A DNA stretch of 64,000 nucleotides, from contig NZ_JARJNR010000005.1 in assembly GCF_030143255.1 (NCBI RefSeq), positions 122,068 to 186,067 of the forward strand, read 5' to 3'. The stretch comes from Frigidibacter sp. SD6-1 (GTDB lineage Bacteria > Pseudomonadota > Alphaproteobacteria > Rhodobacterales > Rhodobacteraceae). A program made the translations under genes and the position numbers. The notes under the pieces are model-generated. The model had not been told where the DNA came from and ran no database searches. It saw only the letters and a program-made list of their open reading frames with translations. This document shows positions 10,483-19,728 of this stretch, in pieces (the stretch's first letter is position 1; each line of letters begins with the position of its first letter).

Positions 10483-11277
10483 ATGCCGGATTTGATGCGG
10501 GGCAAGCGCGGGCTCGTGATGGGCGTCGCGAACGAGCGGTCGATCGCCTGGGGGATCGCGAAGGCCCTCGCCGACGAAGGGGCGGAACTGGCCTTTTCCT
10601 ATCAGGGCGAGGCGTTCGGCAAGCGGGTCGAGCCCCTGGCCGCCTCGGTCGGGTCGGATTTCCTGGTCGATGTCGACGTGACGAACGATGAAAGCCTTGA
10701 GGCCTGTTTCGCCGGGCTGAAGGCGCGCTGGGGGACGATGGATTTCCTCGTCCATGCCATCGCCTATTCCGACAAGAACGAACTGACCGGCCGCTTCATC
10801 AACACCAGCCGGGCGAATTTCAAACAGTCGCTCGACATTTCCTGCTTTTCCTTCATCGACGTCGCGCGCCGCGCGTCCGAGATGATGCCGGAAGGCGGGT
10901 CGCTGATCACGTTGACCTATGGCGGGTCGAACCGGGTAACGCCCAACTACAATGTGATGGGCGTCGCGAAGGCCGCGCTGGAAAGTTCGGTGCGCTATCT
11001 GGCGAATGACCTTGGCCCGCAAGGCGTCCGCGTCAATGCCATCTCGCCCGGCCCGATGAAGACGCTCGCCGGGGCGGCAATCGGCGGCGCCCGCGCCACC
11101 TTCCGCCATACCGAGGCGAACGCCCCCCTGCGCGCCAACGCGACGCTCGAGGCGATCGGCGGCACGGCGGTCTATCTTTTGTCGGACCATGGTGCCTGCA
11201 CGACCGGCGAAATCATCCGGGTCGACGGCGGCTTCCATGTCCTCGGCATGCCGCAGCAGGAGCATATGGGCGGATGA
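10483..11277 (+). CDS. fabI: Enoyl-ACP reductase (NADH) FabI
   Basis: SDR fold with the FabI signature (GVAN..SIAWGIA, Tyr-x6-Lys YNVMGVAKAAL). Completes the fabA-fabB-fabI operon. Confidence 0.9.
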   Translation: MPDLMRGKRGLVMGVANERSIAWGIAKALADEGAELAFSYQGEAFGKRVEPLAASVGSDFLVDVDVTNDESLEACFAGLKARWGTMDFLVHAIAYSDKNELTGRFINTSRANFKQSLDISCFSFIDVARRASEMMPEGGSLITLTYGGSNRVTPNYNVMGVAKAALESSVRYLANDLGPQGVRVNAISPGPMKTLAGAAIGGARATFRHTEANAPLRANATLEAIGGTAVYLLSDHGACTTGEIIRVDGGFHVLGMPQQEHMGG

Positions 11278-11302
11278 CCGACGGCCGCGAAGGGAAGCAG
11301 AT

Positions 11303-11989
11303 ATGCCCGTCGCGACCGTGATCTTCGATGCCTATGGCACGCTCTTCGATGTGGCGGGTGCGGCGCGCCGGGCGGCGGCGGAGCCGGGGGGCGCGCGGCT
11401 GGGTGCGGTCTGGCCGAAGCTTGCCGAGGACTGGCGGCGGAAGCAGCTGGAATATAGCTGGCTTCGCGCCATCATGGGGCAGCATGCCGATTTCGCGCAG
11501 GTGACCGCCGACGGACTCGACTGGGCGCTGGAGGCGGCGGGAATCGGGGACAGAACGCTACGGGCGCGGCTTCTGGCGCTTTACGACGAACTGCCCGCCT
11601 ATCCGGAAGTACCCGCGGTGCTTCAGGCGCTGAAGGCGATGGGCTTGCCGCGCGCGATCCTGTCGAACGGCACGCCCGCGATGCTTGCCGCCGCGACCCG
11701 TTCGGCCGGAATCGAGGGATTGCTCGATGCCTGCCTGTCGGTCGAAAGCGTCGGCATCTTCAAGCCCGACGCGCGGGTCTATGCGCTGGTGACCGCCCGC
11801 TTCGCCTGCGCGCCCGGCGAGGTCCTTTTCATCTCCTCCAACGGCTGGGACGTCGCGGGCGCCGCCGCCTTCGGTTTCCGCGCCGTCTGGGTGAACCGTT
11901 CGGGCCTGCCGTTCGACCGCCTGCCCGCCAACCCGCGCCATATCCTGCCCGACCTCACGGGCCTACCGGCACTCGCGGGCGCAGGCTGA
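11303..11989 (+). CDS. HAD-superfamily hydrolase, haloacid dehalogenase type II-like
   Basis: N-terminal nucleophile motif VIFDAYGTLFD. C-terminal ISSNGWDVAGA (HAD motif III/IV). 228 aa. Confidence 0.75.
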   Translation: MPVATVIFDAYGTLFDVAGAARRAAAEPGGARLGAVWPKLAEDWRRKQLEYSWLRAIMGQHADFAQVTADGLDWALEAAGIGDRTLRARLLALYDELPAYPEVPAVLQALKAMGLPRAILSNGTPAMLAAATRSAGIEGLLDACLSVESVGIFKPDARVYALVTARFACAPGEVLFISSNGWDVAGAAAFGFRAVWVNRSGLPFDRLPANPRHILPDLTGLPALAGAG

Positions 11990-12088
11990 TCGAACCGCCA
12001 CAGGTCATGGCGATGCCGCCATCCGGTCTTTCCAACGCCCGACTTTGCGCTATGCAGGTCTCGTGCAACTTGCAACCACGGAAGACCG

Positions 12089-12874
12089 ATGCTGGCGCTC
12101 CTGATCTCGCTATCGCTCTGTGCCGGAACCGGCCTGATCCTGCAGGGCGGCCTCAAGGGCCACAGGGGCCTGCAGATCGTCGGCCTCGACCCCGAGGCGA
12201 TGGGCATGGGGCTGCTGGCCATCCTTGCAGCGGGGTATTTCTGGGGGCCGATGGTCGGCGCCGCCCTGATCCTTGCGGTGATGATCCACGAGTTTGGCCA
12301 TGTCGCCGCCTACCGGATCTGCGGCCATGCCGACGCGCGGTTCCGCCTCGTGCCGCTGATGGGCGGCCTTGCGATTTCGAACAGCCTGCCCGCGAGCCAG
12401 GAAAAGCAGTTCTTCATCTCGCTCATGGGCCCGGCCATCGGCCTTGCGCCCATGGTCCTGTCGCTCAGCCTGTTCGAGCTGGCCTATGACCGCGCGCCTC
12501 AGGCGGCCGGGTTCCTGTGGACCTTCGGCCAGGTGACGGCGGTCCTGAACTTCTTCAACCTCCTGCCGCTCTGGCCGCTCGACGGATCGAAATGCCTGCG
12601 CGCCATCCTTGCGAGCTTCTGGCCCGAGGCGGTCCGCCCCGCGACGCTATTGATGTCGGGCATCGCCTTTGCGGTGGCGGTCTACATGCAGTCTCTCCTA
12701 CTCATTTTCTTCTGCCTGATGACGGCGCGCTCGCTCGCGCAGGCCGATGTGCTCCTGCGTGTCCAGCGCCCGATGCCGAAGGGCCGCGCGCTTCTCTGCC
12801 TTGCCTGCTACCTTGCCGCGCTCGCGGCCTTCTTCATGGGCTCGGGTAGCTACGTCAGGGCGCTTGTGGGATGA
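12089..12874 (+). CDS. M50-family zinc metalloprotease (minimal site-2-protease, no PDZ domain)
   Basis: HEFGH (HExxH) in a transmembrane helix, plus the FNLLPLWPLDGSK (LDG) motif typical of S2P/SpoIVFB proteases. About 6 TM helices. Confidence 0.7.
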   Translation: MLALLISLSLCAGTGLILQGGLKGHRGLQIVGLDPEAMGMGLLAILAAGYFWGPMVGAALILAVMIHEFGHVAAYRICGHADARFRLVPLMGGLAISNSLPASQEKQFFISLMGPAIGLAPMVLSLSLFELAYDRAPQAAGFLWTFGQVTAVLNFFNLLPLWPLDGSKCLRAILASFWPEAVRPATLLMSGIAFAVAVYMQSLLLIFFCLMTARSLAQADVLLRVQRPMPKGRALLCLACYLAALAAFFMGSGSYVRALVG

Positions 12875-14394
12875 GCGGCCAGGACACGACCGCCACCGGA
12901 CGAGGGGCCAAGGCGCAGGACCTGTGGCGCGGGCTTTCGCTGACGGCCTACCTGAGCCTCGTCCTGTGGTGGTTCTGGGGGCAGGTGATCAATCACGACA
13001 GCTCGTGGTTTCTTCACGCGACGGCCGACTGGCTGTCTGGCGCGCGGCTCTATCAAGACATCCTCGAGGTCAACCCTCCGCTGATCTTTCTTCATCATGT
13101 GCCGGCGATACTCCTGTCCCATGCTCTCGGGATCACGCCGACCCAGGCGTTCTATTCCGAGATGCTCGTGCTGATCGGCGTCAGCCTTTGGTGGAGCACG
13201 CGGATCATCGCGCGCACCCATTCAAACCGGGCGGCATGGATATTCCTTGCGGGCGGCGCACTTCTTCTTGTCTTTCCGTTCGGCAGACATATCGGCCAGC
13301 GCGAACATTTTCTTGCGATCTGCCTGTGGCCCTACCTTGCTGCCCATCTTGCCCGCCCGGATGCAGACAGTGGGGCAAAGGGAGCCCTGACCGCAGCCTT
13401 CGCCGCAGCGGGCCTGCTGCTGAAGCCCCATTTTCTGCTGATCCCGCTTGGTGTCACGCTTGGCAGGATGCTGGCGGACAAGCGCTGGTCATCGGCGATG
13501 ACAGCAGGCAATCTGGTTATCGCTGCGGCATGCATCGGCTATATTCTCCTCGCGCGGCTTCTCGCGCCCGCCTACTTTGGGACGATCATCCCGCTCGCGA
13601 TCGAGACCTATGGCGCCTATCAGCTTGCGCCTCTGCGGTTTCTTTTGAACGTGATGCCTTGGCTTCTGCTGCCGGTTTTCGCGGTCCTGCTCGCGGCACG
13701 CTCGACCGGACTGCCGCGCGGCAGTTCCAGCGTCCTGCTTGCGGCCTCCGGGGCGCTTTGCGTCTATGTCGCGCAGGGCAACGGCTTTGACTATCACGCG
13801 ATCCCGCTCTTTGCGTGTCTGGGCCTCTTCTATTGCTGGCTGGCCGCAATGTCGGCTGATCGGCGGCTCGTCATGCTGGCGCTGGCGGCATTCGTCCTGC
13901 ACGCACAGTTCACCTTCCAGACAAGGCCCTACCGCTATGCGATGAAGGAGGTCCTCGCGGGCTATCTGGCCGGGTCGCAACCGGCTCGCTCGATCGTGGT
14001 GGTGTCCGCGGATATCTTTCCCTACTTCCCGCTCATCGACCTGTTCGGAACCCGTTGGCTGGGCAGCTTCCCGGTGCAATGGCCCGTGGCGGGTCCCGTG
14101 CTGGAACTTGCGCAGCGCGATTGTACCACCGATGCGGATCGCTGCGCGCGCCTTCGGGGTCACATTTCCTATGCGGTCGAACGAACGGCACGGGACATCG
14201 TAGGGAAGAGGCCCGATCTCGTCATATTCGACACGAACTCGCAATTCTTCTGGCCCCTCAACCCGGAAGGCGCGTTCGACCTGGAAGCGCTCTATTTCGC
14301 CAACCCCGACCTTGCTGCGGCGATGGCGGACTATCGCCTCGTAGGCCAGGAAGAAAACCATCGCTTCTGGCGGCGCGTCTCTGCCGCGCCATGA
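12871..14394 (+). CDS. Large polytopic membrane protein (about 11 TM helices plus C-terminal soluble domain), GT-C-like
   Basis: ATGA overlap with the M50 protease stop, so the two are translationally coupled. Hydrophobic N-terminal 350 aa and a roughly 150-aa soluble tail. Architecture resembles GT-C/ArnT/PMT-type glycosyltransferases. Family not assigned. Confidence 0.55.
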   Translation: MSGQDTTATGRGAKAQDLWRGLSLTAYLSLVLWWFWGQVINHDSSWFLHATADWLSGARLYQDILEVNPPLIFLHHVPAILLSHALGITPTQAFYSEMLVLIGVSLWWSTRIIARTHSNRAAWIFLAGGALLLVFPFGRHIGQREHFLAICLWPYLAAHLARPDADSGAKGALTAAFAAAGLLLKPHFLLIPLGVTLGRMLADKRWSSAMTAGNLVIAAACIGYILLARLLAPAYFGTIIPLAIETYGAYQLAPLRFLLNVMPWLLLPVFAVLLAARSTGLPRGSSSVLLAASGALCVYVAQGNGFDYHAIPLFACLGLFYCWLAAMSADRRLVMLALAAFVLHAQFTFQTRPYRYAMKEVLAGYLAGSQPARSIVVVSADIFPYFPLIDLFGTRWLGSFPVQWPVAGPVLELAQRDCTTDADRCARLRGHISYAVERTARDIVGKRPDLVIFDTNSQFFWPLNPEGAFDLEALYFANPDLAAAMADYRLVGQEENHRFWRRVSAAP

Positions 14395-14484
14395 TCGCGC
14401 CCTTCGGCCGATCTTGTAGCCGGTACATCTTCGCCCTTGTCCTCGGTCAGGCCCGCCGCCAGTCTGCCCGGGCAAGGAGGCAGC

Positions 14485-15312
14485 ATGGCACTCGATTTCT
14501 TCACCGCCGCCGACGGGGCGCGACTGGCTTACCGGGACGAGGGGCAGGGCCTTCCGGTCATCGCGCTGGCCGGGCTGACGCGGGCGCATACGGATTTCGA
14601 TTTCCTCGCGCCGCATGTGGCTGACCTGCGGCTGATCCGGCCCGACTATCGCGGGCGGGGGGCATCGGAATGGACCGGCGCCGCGACCTACACGGTCCCG
14701 CAGGAGGCGCAGGATGTGCTGGCGCTGATGGATCATCTCGCGCTCGACCGGGCGGCGATCCTCGGCACCTCGCGCGGCGGGTTGATCGGCATGGCGCTGG
14801 CGGCCACGGCGAAGGACAGGCTCCTCGGTCTTTGCCTGAACGACGTCGGCCCGGTGATCGAACGGACGGGGCTGGAGAAGATATTCGATTATGTCGGCCG
14901 CAACCCCGCCGCCAAGTCAATCGACCAACTGGTCGAACGCTTTCCCCGCACCATGGCGGGCTTTGCCAACGTGCCGGACGCGCGCTGGCGCGCCTTTGCC
15001 GAACGGCTTTACGTGGAAGGTCCACGCGGGCTGGAAATCCGCTACGACCCGGCGCTGCGTACGTCGTTCCTTGCCGCCTTCGAAGGGCCGTCGGCCGACC
15101 TCTGGCCGCTCTTCGATGCGTGCGCGGGCCTGCCCCTGGCGCTGATCCGGGGCGCGAATTCCGATCTTCTCTCGCCCGAAACCGCCACCGAGATGCGCCG
15201 CCGCCGCCCCGACATGATCTTTGCCGACGTGCCCGACCGGGCGCATGTGCCCTTCCTTGACGAGCCGGAGGCGCTGGCAGCCATCCGGTCCTGGCTGGAG
15301 ATGATGCAATGA
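14485..15312 (+). CDS. Alpha/beta hydrolase
   Basis: GxSxG (GTSRGG) nucleophile elbow, alpha/beta-fold layout, AAGGAGG ribosome-binding site before the ATG at 14485. Confidence 0.7.
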   Translation: MALDFFTAADGARLAYRDEGQGLPVIALAGLTRAHTDFDFLAPHVADLRLIRPDYRGRGASEWTGAATYTVPQEAQDVLALMDHLALDRAAILGTSRGGLIGMALAATAKDRLLGLCLNDVGPVIERTGLEKIFDYVGRNPAAKSIDQLVERFPRTMAGFANVPDARWRAFAERLYVEGPRGLEIRYDPALRTSFLAAFEGPSADLWPLFDACAGLPLALIRGANSDLLSPETATEMRRRRPDMIFADVPDRAHVPFLDEPEALAAIRSWLEMMQ

Positions 15313-16286
15313 ATATCGAGATGATCCGCGGGGCAGAGGCGCGCATCGGTGGGCGGCTGAGGCAGACGCCGTTCCTCTCTTCGCCCTTCCTCGACCGGAT
15401 CGCCGGGCGGCGGGTGCTGGTGAAGCCCGAATGCCTGCAGCACACCGGATCGTTCAAATATCGCGGCGCCTCAGCCGCTTTGTCGGCCCTGTCGCCCGAG
15501 GCACGGGCGCGCGGGGTCGTGGCCTTTTCCTCGGGCAACCATGCCCAGGGCGTGGCGCTGGCAGGCGCCGAGCACGGCGCGCCGGTGGTGATCCTGATGC
15601 CGTCGGATGCGCCTGCGGTGAAGATCGCCAACACGCGCGCGTTGGGCGCCGAGGTGATCCTATATGACCGCCAGACCGAGGACCGCGACGCGCTGAGCGC
15701 GCGTATCTCCGGGGAGAGGGGCCTGACACTCGTCCGCCCCTATGATGATCCGCAAGTTATCGCCGGGCAAGGCACCGTGGGGCTCGAGATTGCCGCCGAG
15801 GCGCGCGCGCTCGGGATCGAGCGGGCCGAGGTCTTCGTGCCCTGCGGCGGCGGCGGGCTGACCTCGGGCATCGCGCTGGCACTGGAGGCCGACGCGCCCG
15901 GTCTGACCGCGCGCCCCTGCGAGCCCGAGACCCACGACGACATGCGCCGCTCGCTTCTGGCGGGTGCGATCCGCGCCAACGAGAACCCGCGGCCGAGCCT
16001 CTGCGACGCCATCGTCACGCCCGCGCCGGGGAACATCACCTTTCCGCTGGTCTCTGCCCGCGCGGGCGCGGGCCTTGCGGTCAGCGACGAAGAGGCGCTG
16101 AAGGCGGTGGGCGAAGCCTGGCAGCGGCTTCGCATTGTTGCCGAGCCGGGCGGCGCGGTGGCGCTCGCCGCCGCGCTTTACCGGACGGCCGAGACCGATG
16201 CCGATACGATCATCGCCGTCGTCTCGGGCGGCAATGTCGACGCTGTCATCTTCCGCCGCGCGCTCGACCTCGTGGAGACGACATGA
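15309..16286 (+). CDS. PLP-dependent threonine/serine dehydratase-family enzyme (fold type II)
   Basis: PLP-lysine motif GSFKYRGA. Glycine-rich loop CGGGGL. 325 aa, similar in size to catabolic threonine dehydratase / threo-3-hydroxyaspartate dehydratase / serine racemase. ATGA overlap with the upstream hydrolase. Confidence 0.75.
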   Translation: MNIEMIRGAEARIGGRLRQTPFLSSPFLDRIAGRRVLVKPECLQHTGSFKYRGASAALSALSPEARARGVVAFSSGNHAQGVALAGAEHGAPVVILMPSDAPAVKIANTRALGAEVILYDRQTEDRDALSARISGERGLTLVRPYDDPQVIAGQGTVGLEIAAEARALGIERAEVFVPCGGGGLTSGIALALEADAPGLTARPCEPETHDDMRRSLLAGAIRANENPRPSLCDAIVTPAPGNITFPLVSARAGAGLAVSDEEALKAVGEAWQRLRIVAEPGGAVALAAALYRTAETDADTIIAVVSGGNVDAVIFRRALDLVETT

Positions 16287-17062
16287 GCGAGCCGCATCTT
16301 CATTGGCAGGAGGGGGGAGACCCGAAGGGCGCGCCGGTCGTCTTCGCCCATGCACTCGGCCTTGATCTGAGGCTTTGGGACAAGGTGCTGCCGCTCCTGC
16401 CGCCGGGCCTGCGGCTCATCCGCCTCGACCTGCGCGGGCACGGCCAGTCCGACGTGCCGCCTGCACCCTATGCGATGGGCGCGCTGATCCGGGACGTCGA
16501 GGCGCTTCTGGACAGGCTGGCGGTGCGCGACTGTGCGTTCGTGGGCCTTTCGGTCGGCGGGCTGATCGCGCAGGGGCTGGCGGTGAAGCGGCTCGATATG
16601 GTGCGCGCGCTCGTCCTGTCGAACACCGCCGCGAAGATCGGCACCCGCGCGATCTGGGAAGGCAGGATCGACGCCGTGCGCTCGGGCGGTATCGCGGCGA
16701 TTGCCGACGCGACGCTGGAACGCTGGTTCCCCAAGCCCTTGCGCGACGGACCTGAGGGGCGTCTCTGGCGCGAACGGCTGCTCTCGACCCCGGTCGAGGG
16801 CTACATCGGCGTGGCGGCGGCGATCGGGGGCACGGATTTCATCACGCCCACCTCGGGCCTGCGGCTGCCCGCGCTCGTCCTCGCGGGCGACCGCGACGGG
16901 TCGACCCCGCCTGACCTCGTGCGTGAGCTTGCCGGTCTGATCCCCGACTCGGACTTCCGCATCCTGCGCGGGGCGGGGCACTTGCCGCCCGTTGACAAGC
17001 CGGAGGCATTTGCGGCGGCACTGGGCGATTTCCTTATCCGGACCGGTCATCCCGGGAGCTGA
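16283..17062 (+). CDS. Alpha/beta hydrolase, 3-oxoadipate enol-lactonase-like
   Basis: GLSVGG nucleophile elbow. PcaD-like layout of about 259 aa. ATGA overlap with the PLP enzyme. Confidence 0.7.
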   Translation: MSEPHLHWQEGGDPKGAPVVFAHALGLDLRLWDKVLPLLPPGLRLIRLDLRGHGQSDVPPAPYAMGALIRDVEALLDRLAVRDCAFVGLSVGGLIAQGLAVKRLDMVRALVLSNTAAKIGTRAIWEGRIDAVRSGGIAAIADATLERWFPKPLRDGPEGRLWRERLLSTPVEGYIGVAAAIGGTDFITPTSGLRLPALVLAGDRDGSTPPDLVRELAGLIPDSDFRILRGAGHLPPVDKPEAFAAALGDFLIRTGHPGS

Positions 17063-17132
17063 TCCTCCTCGTGCGCTGACGCTTCTCGTCGGATGCGGCG
17101 AGGAGCGCACGGCGTGCGACGACGAGCATCTG
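17063..17132. repeat. Stop-codon-proximal structured repeat element, copy D
   Basis: CCTCCTCG...CGTCGGATGCGGCGAGGAGCGCACGG...GCGACG begins directly after the TGA at 17062. Shares CCTCCTCG / CGTCGGAT / CGGCGAGGAGCGC / GCGACG blocks with copy C. Confidence 0.55.
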
Positions 17133-17135
17133 GCC

Positions 17136-17162
17136 CGTTTGCGTCAATTTGCGTCGCAAACG
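17136..17162. promoter_or_regulatory. Inverted repeat CGTTTGCG-N11-CGCAAACG upstream of the enolase-superfamily dehydratase gene
   Basis: 8-bp perfect arms with an internal direct repeat of TTTGCGTC, about 57 nt upstream of the ATG at 17219. Confidence 0.45.
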
Positions 17163-17218
17163 TAGGGGAAGCTGCGGCAGGCTGACAGCAGGGTCGGGTC
17201 AGAAGCGAGGGGACGCCG

Positions 17219-18466
17219 ATGAAACTCAAGGATCTGGAAATCTTCGTCGTGGCGCCACCCGCGCCGGGCTGGGGCGGGCGCTACTGGATCTTCACCAAGC
17301 TCACCACCGACAACGGGATCACGGGCTATGGCGAATGCTATGCCTCGACCGTCGGGCCAGAGGCGATGCGCGCGGTGATCGAGGATGTGTTCGCCCGCCA
17401 TATGCAGGGCACCAATCCCGAAGAGATCGAACTGATGTACCGCCGCGCCTATTCCTCGGGCTTCACCCAGCGGCCCGATCCCACGGTGATGGGCGCCTTC
17501 TCCGGCCTCGAAATCGCCTGCTGGGACATCATCGGCAAGGCGCGGAACCGGCCTGTCCACGCGCTCCTCGGCGGCAAGCTGAACGAGCGGCTCAGGTCCT
17601 ACACCTACCTCTACCCCGAGCCCGGCAAGGAAAGTGGCGAGTTCTGGGTGAATGCCGACATGACCGCCGAGGCGGCGGCGCGGTTCGCGGGCATGGGCTT
17701 TACCGCGGTGAAGTTCGATCCGGCCGGTCCCTATACGATCCGCGGCGGCCATGACCCGAGCCAGTCCGACATCAGCCGCTCGGCGCTCTTCTGCAAGCGT
17801 ATCCGCGAGGCGGTGGGCGACCGGGCCGACCTGCTTTTCGGCACGCACGGCCAGTTCAATGTCGCGGGCGCCGTTCGTCTGGCCCAGGCGATCGAGCCCT
17901 ACGGGCCGCTCTGGTACGAGGAACCGATCCCGCCAGACAATCTTCTCGACTTCGCCGAAGTGCAGAAGGCGGTGCGCATTCCGGTCGCGACCGGCGAGCG
18001 CTTCACCACCAAGGCCGAATTCGCGACGGTCCTGCGCACCGGTGGCGCGCGCATCCTGCAACCAGCCCTCGGGCGCGCGGGCGGCATCTGGGAGTGCAAG
18101 AAGATCGCTGCCATAGCGGAGGTCTTCACTGCGCAGATGGCGCCGCACCTGTACGCAGGCCCGGTCGAGTGGGCGGCGAACGTCCAGCTCGGCGCCTCGA
18201 TCCCCAACCTCCTGATGGTCGAGACGATCGAGACCGGCGGGGCGTTCCATCTGAAACTCATCAGGAATTCGATCCGCTGGGAAGAGGGCTATGTGATCGT
18301 CCCCGACGCCCCGGGCCTCGGCATCGACTTTGACGAGGACCTCGCCCGCGCCCATCCCTACGAGGGCACAGGCCTGCATCTGCAGATGCAGGAAGCGCCC
18401 TGCGATTACGCGCGCCCGAACTGGTTCGAGGGCGGTGCGCCCTCCACAACCCGGCCCAAGGTTTGA
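17219..18466 (+). CDS. Enolase-superfamily dehydratase (D-mannonate/D-galactonate dehydratase family)
   Basis: Mandelate racemase/muconate-lactonizing-enzyme fold. 415 aa with ManD-like N-terminus (MKLKDLEIFVV) and metal-ligand acidic residues. Confidence 0.75.
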   Translation: MKLKDLEIFVVAPPAPGWGGRYWIFTKLTTDNGITGYGECYASTVGPEAMRAVIEDVFARHMQGTNPEEIELMYRRAYSSGFTQRPDPTVMGAFSGLEIACWDIIGKARNRPVHALLGGKLNERLRSYTYLYPEPGKESGEFWVNADMTAEAAARFAGMGFTAVKFDPAGPYTIRGGHDPSQSDISRSALFCKRIREAVGDRADLLFGTHGQFNVAGAVRLAQAIEPYGPLWYEEPIPPDNLLDFAEVQKAVRIPVATGERFTTKAEFATVLRTGGARILQPALGRAGGIWECKKIAAIAEVFTAQMAPHLYAGPVEWAANVQLGASIPNLLMVETIETGGAFHLKLIRNSIRWEEGYVIVPDAPGLGIDFDEDLARAHPYEGTGLHLQMQEAPCDYARPNWFEGGAPSTTRPKV

Positions 18467-18469
18467 GGC

Positions 18470-18540
18470 GCCGGATTTCGGCACGAAATCCGGCCGGAAC
18501 CCGTTGCGGGTTCCGGTCCGAAATCTTCGCAAGATTTCGG
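18470..18540. terminator. Three consecutive perfect stem-loops at a convergent gene junction
   Basis: GCCGGATTTCG-gca-CGAAATCCGGC, then CCGGAACCC-gttgc-GGGTTCCGG, then CCGAAATCTT-cgc-AAGATTTCGG. These fill the 86-bp gap between the convergent genes ending at 18466 and 18552. Confidence 0.6.
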
Positions 18541-18551
18541 CTTCTCCCGGG

Positions 18552-19661
18552 TCACAGGCCGAAGGCTTCCGCGAGCGCAGCGAGCCGCCCGGCCTCCAGC
18601 CGGTCGAACGCCTCGGGCGGCTGCTGGTCGTTCAAGAGCGGCAGGAACGGATCCCTGACCTCGGTCCGCTCGCCTGAAAGCGCCTCGATGGTCGCAATTC
18701 CGCAGAAGGGCACGACCGCCTCGGCATAGCCGCCCTCATGCACCATAACCAACCGCCCGCCGCACAGCGCCTCCGCCGCCTGCCGCAACCGTTCCGTCAT
18801 TGCCCGGAAGGTCTCGCTCGTCGCCAGCATCCGCGCGAGCGGATCGCAGCCGTTCGCGTCGAACCCGCAGGCGACGATGATCAGATCGGGCCGGAACCTC
18901 TCAAGCGCGGGCAGTACGATCCGGTCCATCGCGGCGAGGTAGGAGACGTGCCCCCCGCCCGGCATCAGCGGAATGTTGATGTTGAAGCCGTGGCCCTTGC
19001 CCTCGCCCCGTTCCCCGGCGAAGCCCGTGTCGGTCGGATAGCATTTCTCCTGATGGAGCGAGATGGTCAGCACATCATCGCGCCCGGAATAGATCGCCTG
19101 CGTGCCATTGCCGTGATGAACGTCCCAATCCACCACCGCCACCCGGCCAAGCCCATGGTGCGCCTTTGCCGCCTCGATCGCGATGGCGATATTGGCCAGA
19201 AGGCAGAAGCCCATCGGTCGGTCGGGCAGGCAATGGTGCCCCGGCGGACGGGAGAGCGCATAGGCGTTGGCGAGCCTGCCCGTCACCACCTGATCGACGG
19301 CGGCAAGCGCGAGGCCCGCCGACTGGCAGGCGATCTCGAAACTGCCGCGCCCGAAAGGCGCATCTTCGCCCAGATCGCCGCCCCGCTTTCGGCTCGCGGC
19401 ACGGAACGCCTCGAGATATGCGGCGGGATGAATGCGGCGCAGGTCTTCCTCGGTCGCGGGCGGCGCCGATTGCTTTACGAGCCGGGCGGTCAGGCCGGAG
19501 ACATCCATCAGCGCCTTCAGCCGCCGCTTGCTTTCGGGCGATTCCGCATGGCCCGCGGCGGCGGGCGGCTGGACCCAGCCGCCCACGGGAACGAAAAGCG
19601 CATGTTCCCCGGTTGTGTGCCAGAAACAAAGCTCGTCCCAGAAAAACCCCGTCCCCGCCAT
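18552..19661 (-). CDS. Histone-deacetylase-family amidohydrolase (AcuC/acetylpolyamine amidohydrolase-like)
   Basis: HDAC motifs: GFCLLANIAIA, VVDWDVHHGNGTQ, LHEGGY. Start taken at MAGTGF (19661). Confidence 0.75.
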   Translation of the reverse strand: MAGTGFFWDELCFWHTTGEHALFVPVGGWVQPPAAAGHAESPESKRRLKALMDVSGLTARLVKQSAPPATEEDLRRIHPAAYLEAFRAASRKRGGDLGEDAPFGRGSFEIACQSAGLALAAVDQVVTGRLANAYALSRPPGHHCLPDRPMGFCLLANIAIAIEAAKAHHGLGRVAVVDWDVHHGNGTQAIYSGRDDVLTISLHQEKCYPTDTGFAGERGEGKGHGFNINIPLMPGGGHVSYLAAMDRIVLPALERFRPDLIIVACGFDANGCDPLARMLATSETFRAMTERLRQAAEALCGGRLVMVHEGGYAEAVVPFCGIATIEALSGERTEVRDPFLPLLNDQQPPEAFDRLEAGRLAALAEAFGL

Positions 19662-19728
19662 CGTGCGCCCCTCTCCGAACCGGCCCCGCGCCGAGAGAAG
19701 CACGCGGGACCGCCCGGGCGCAAGCGGC

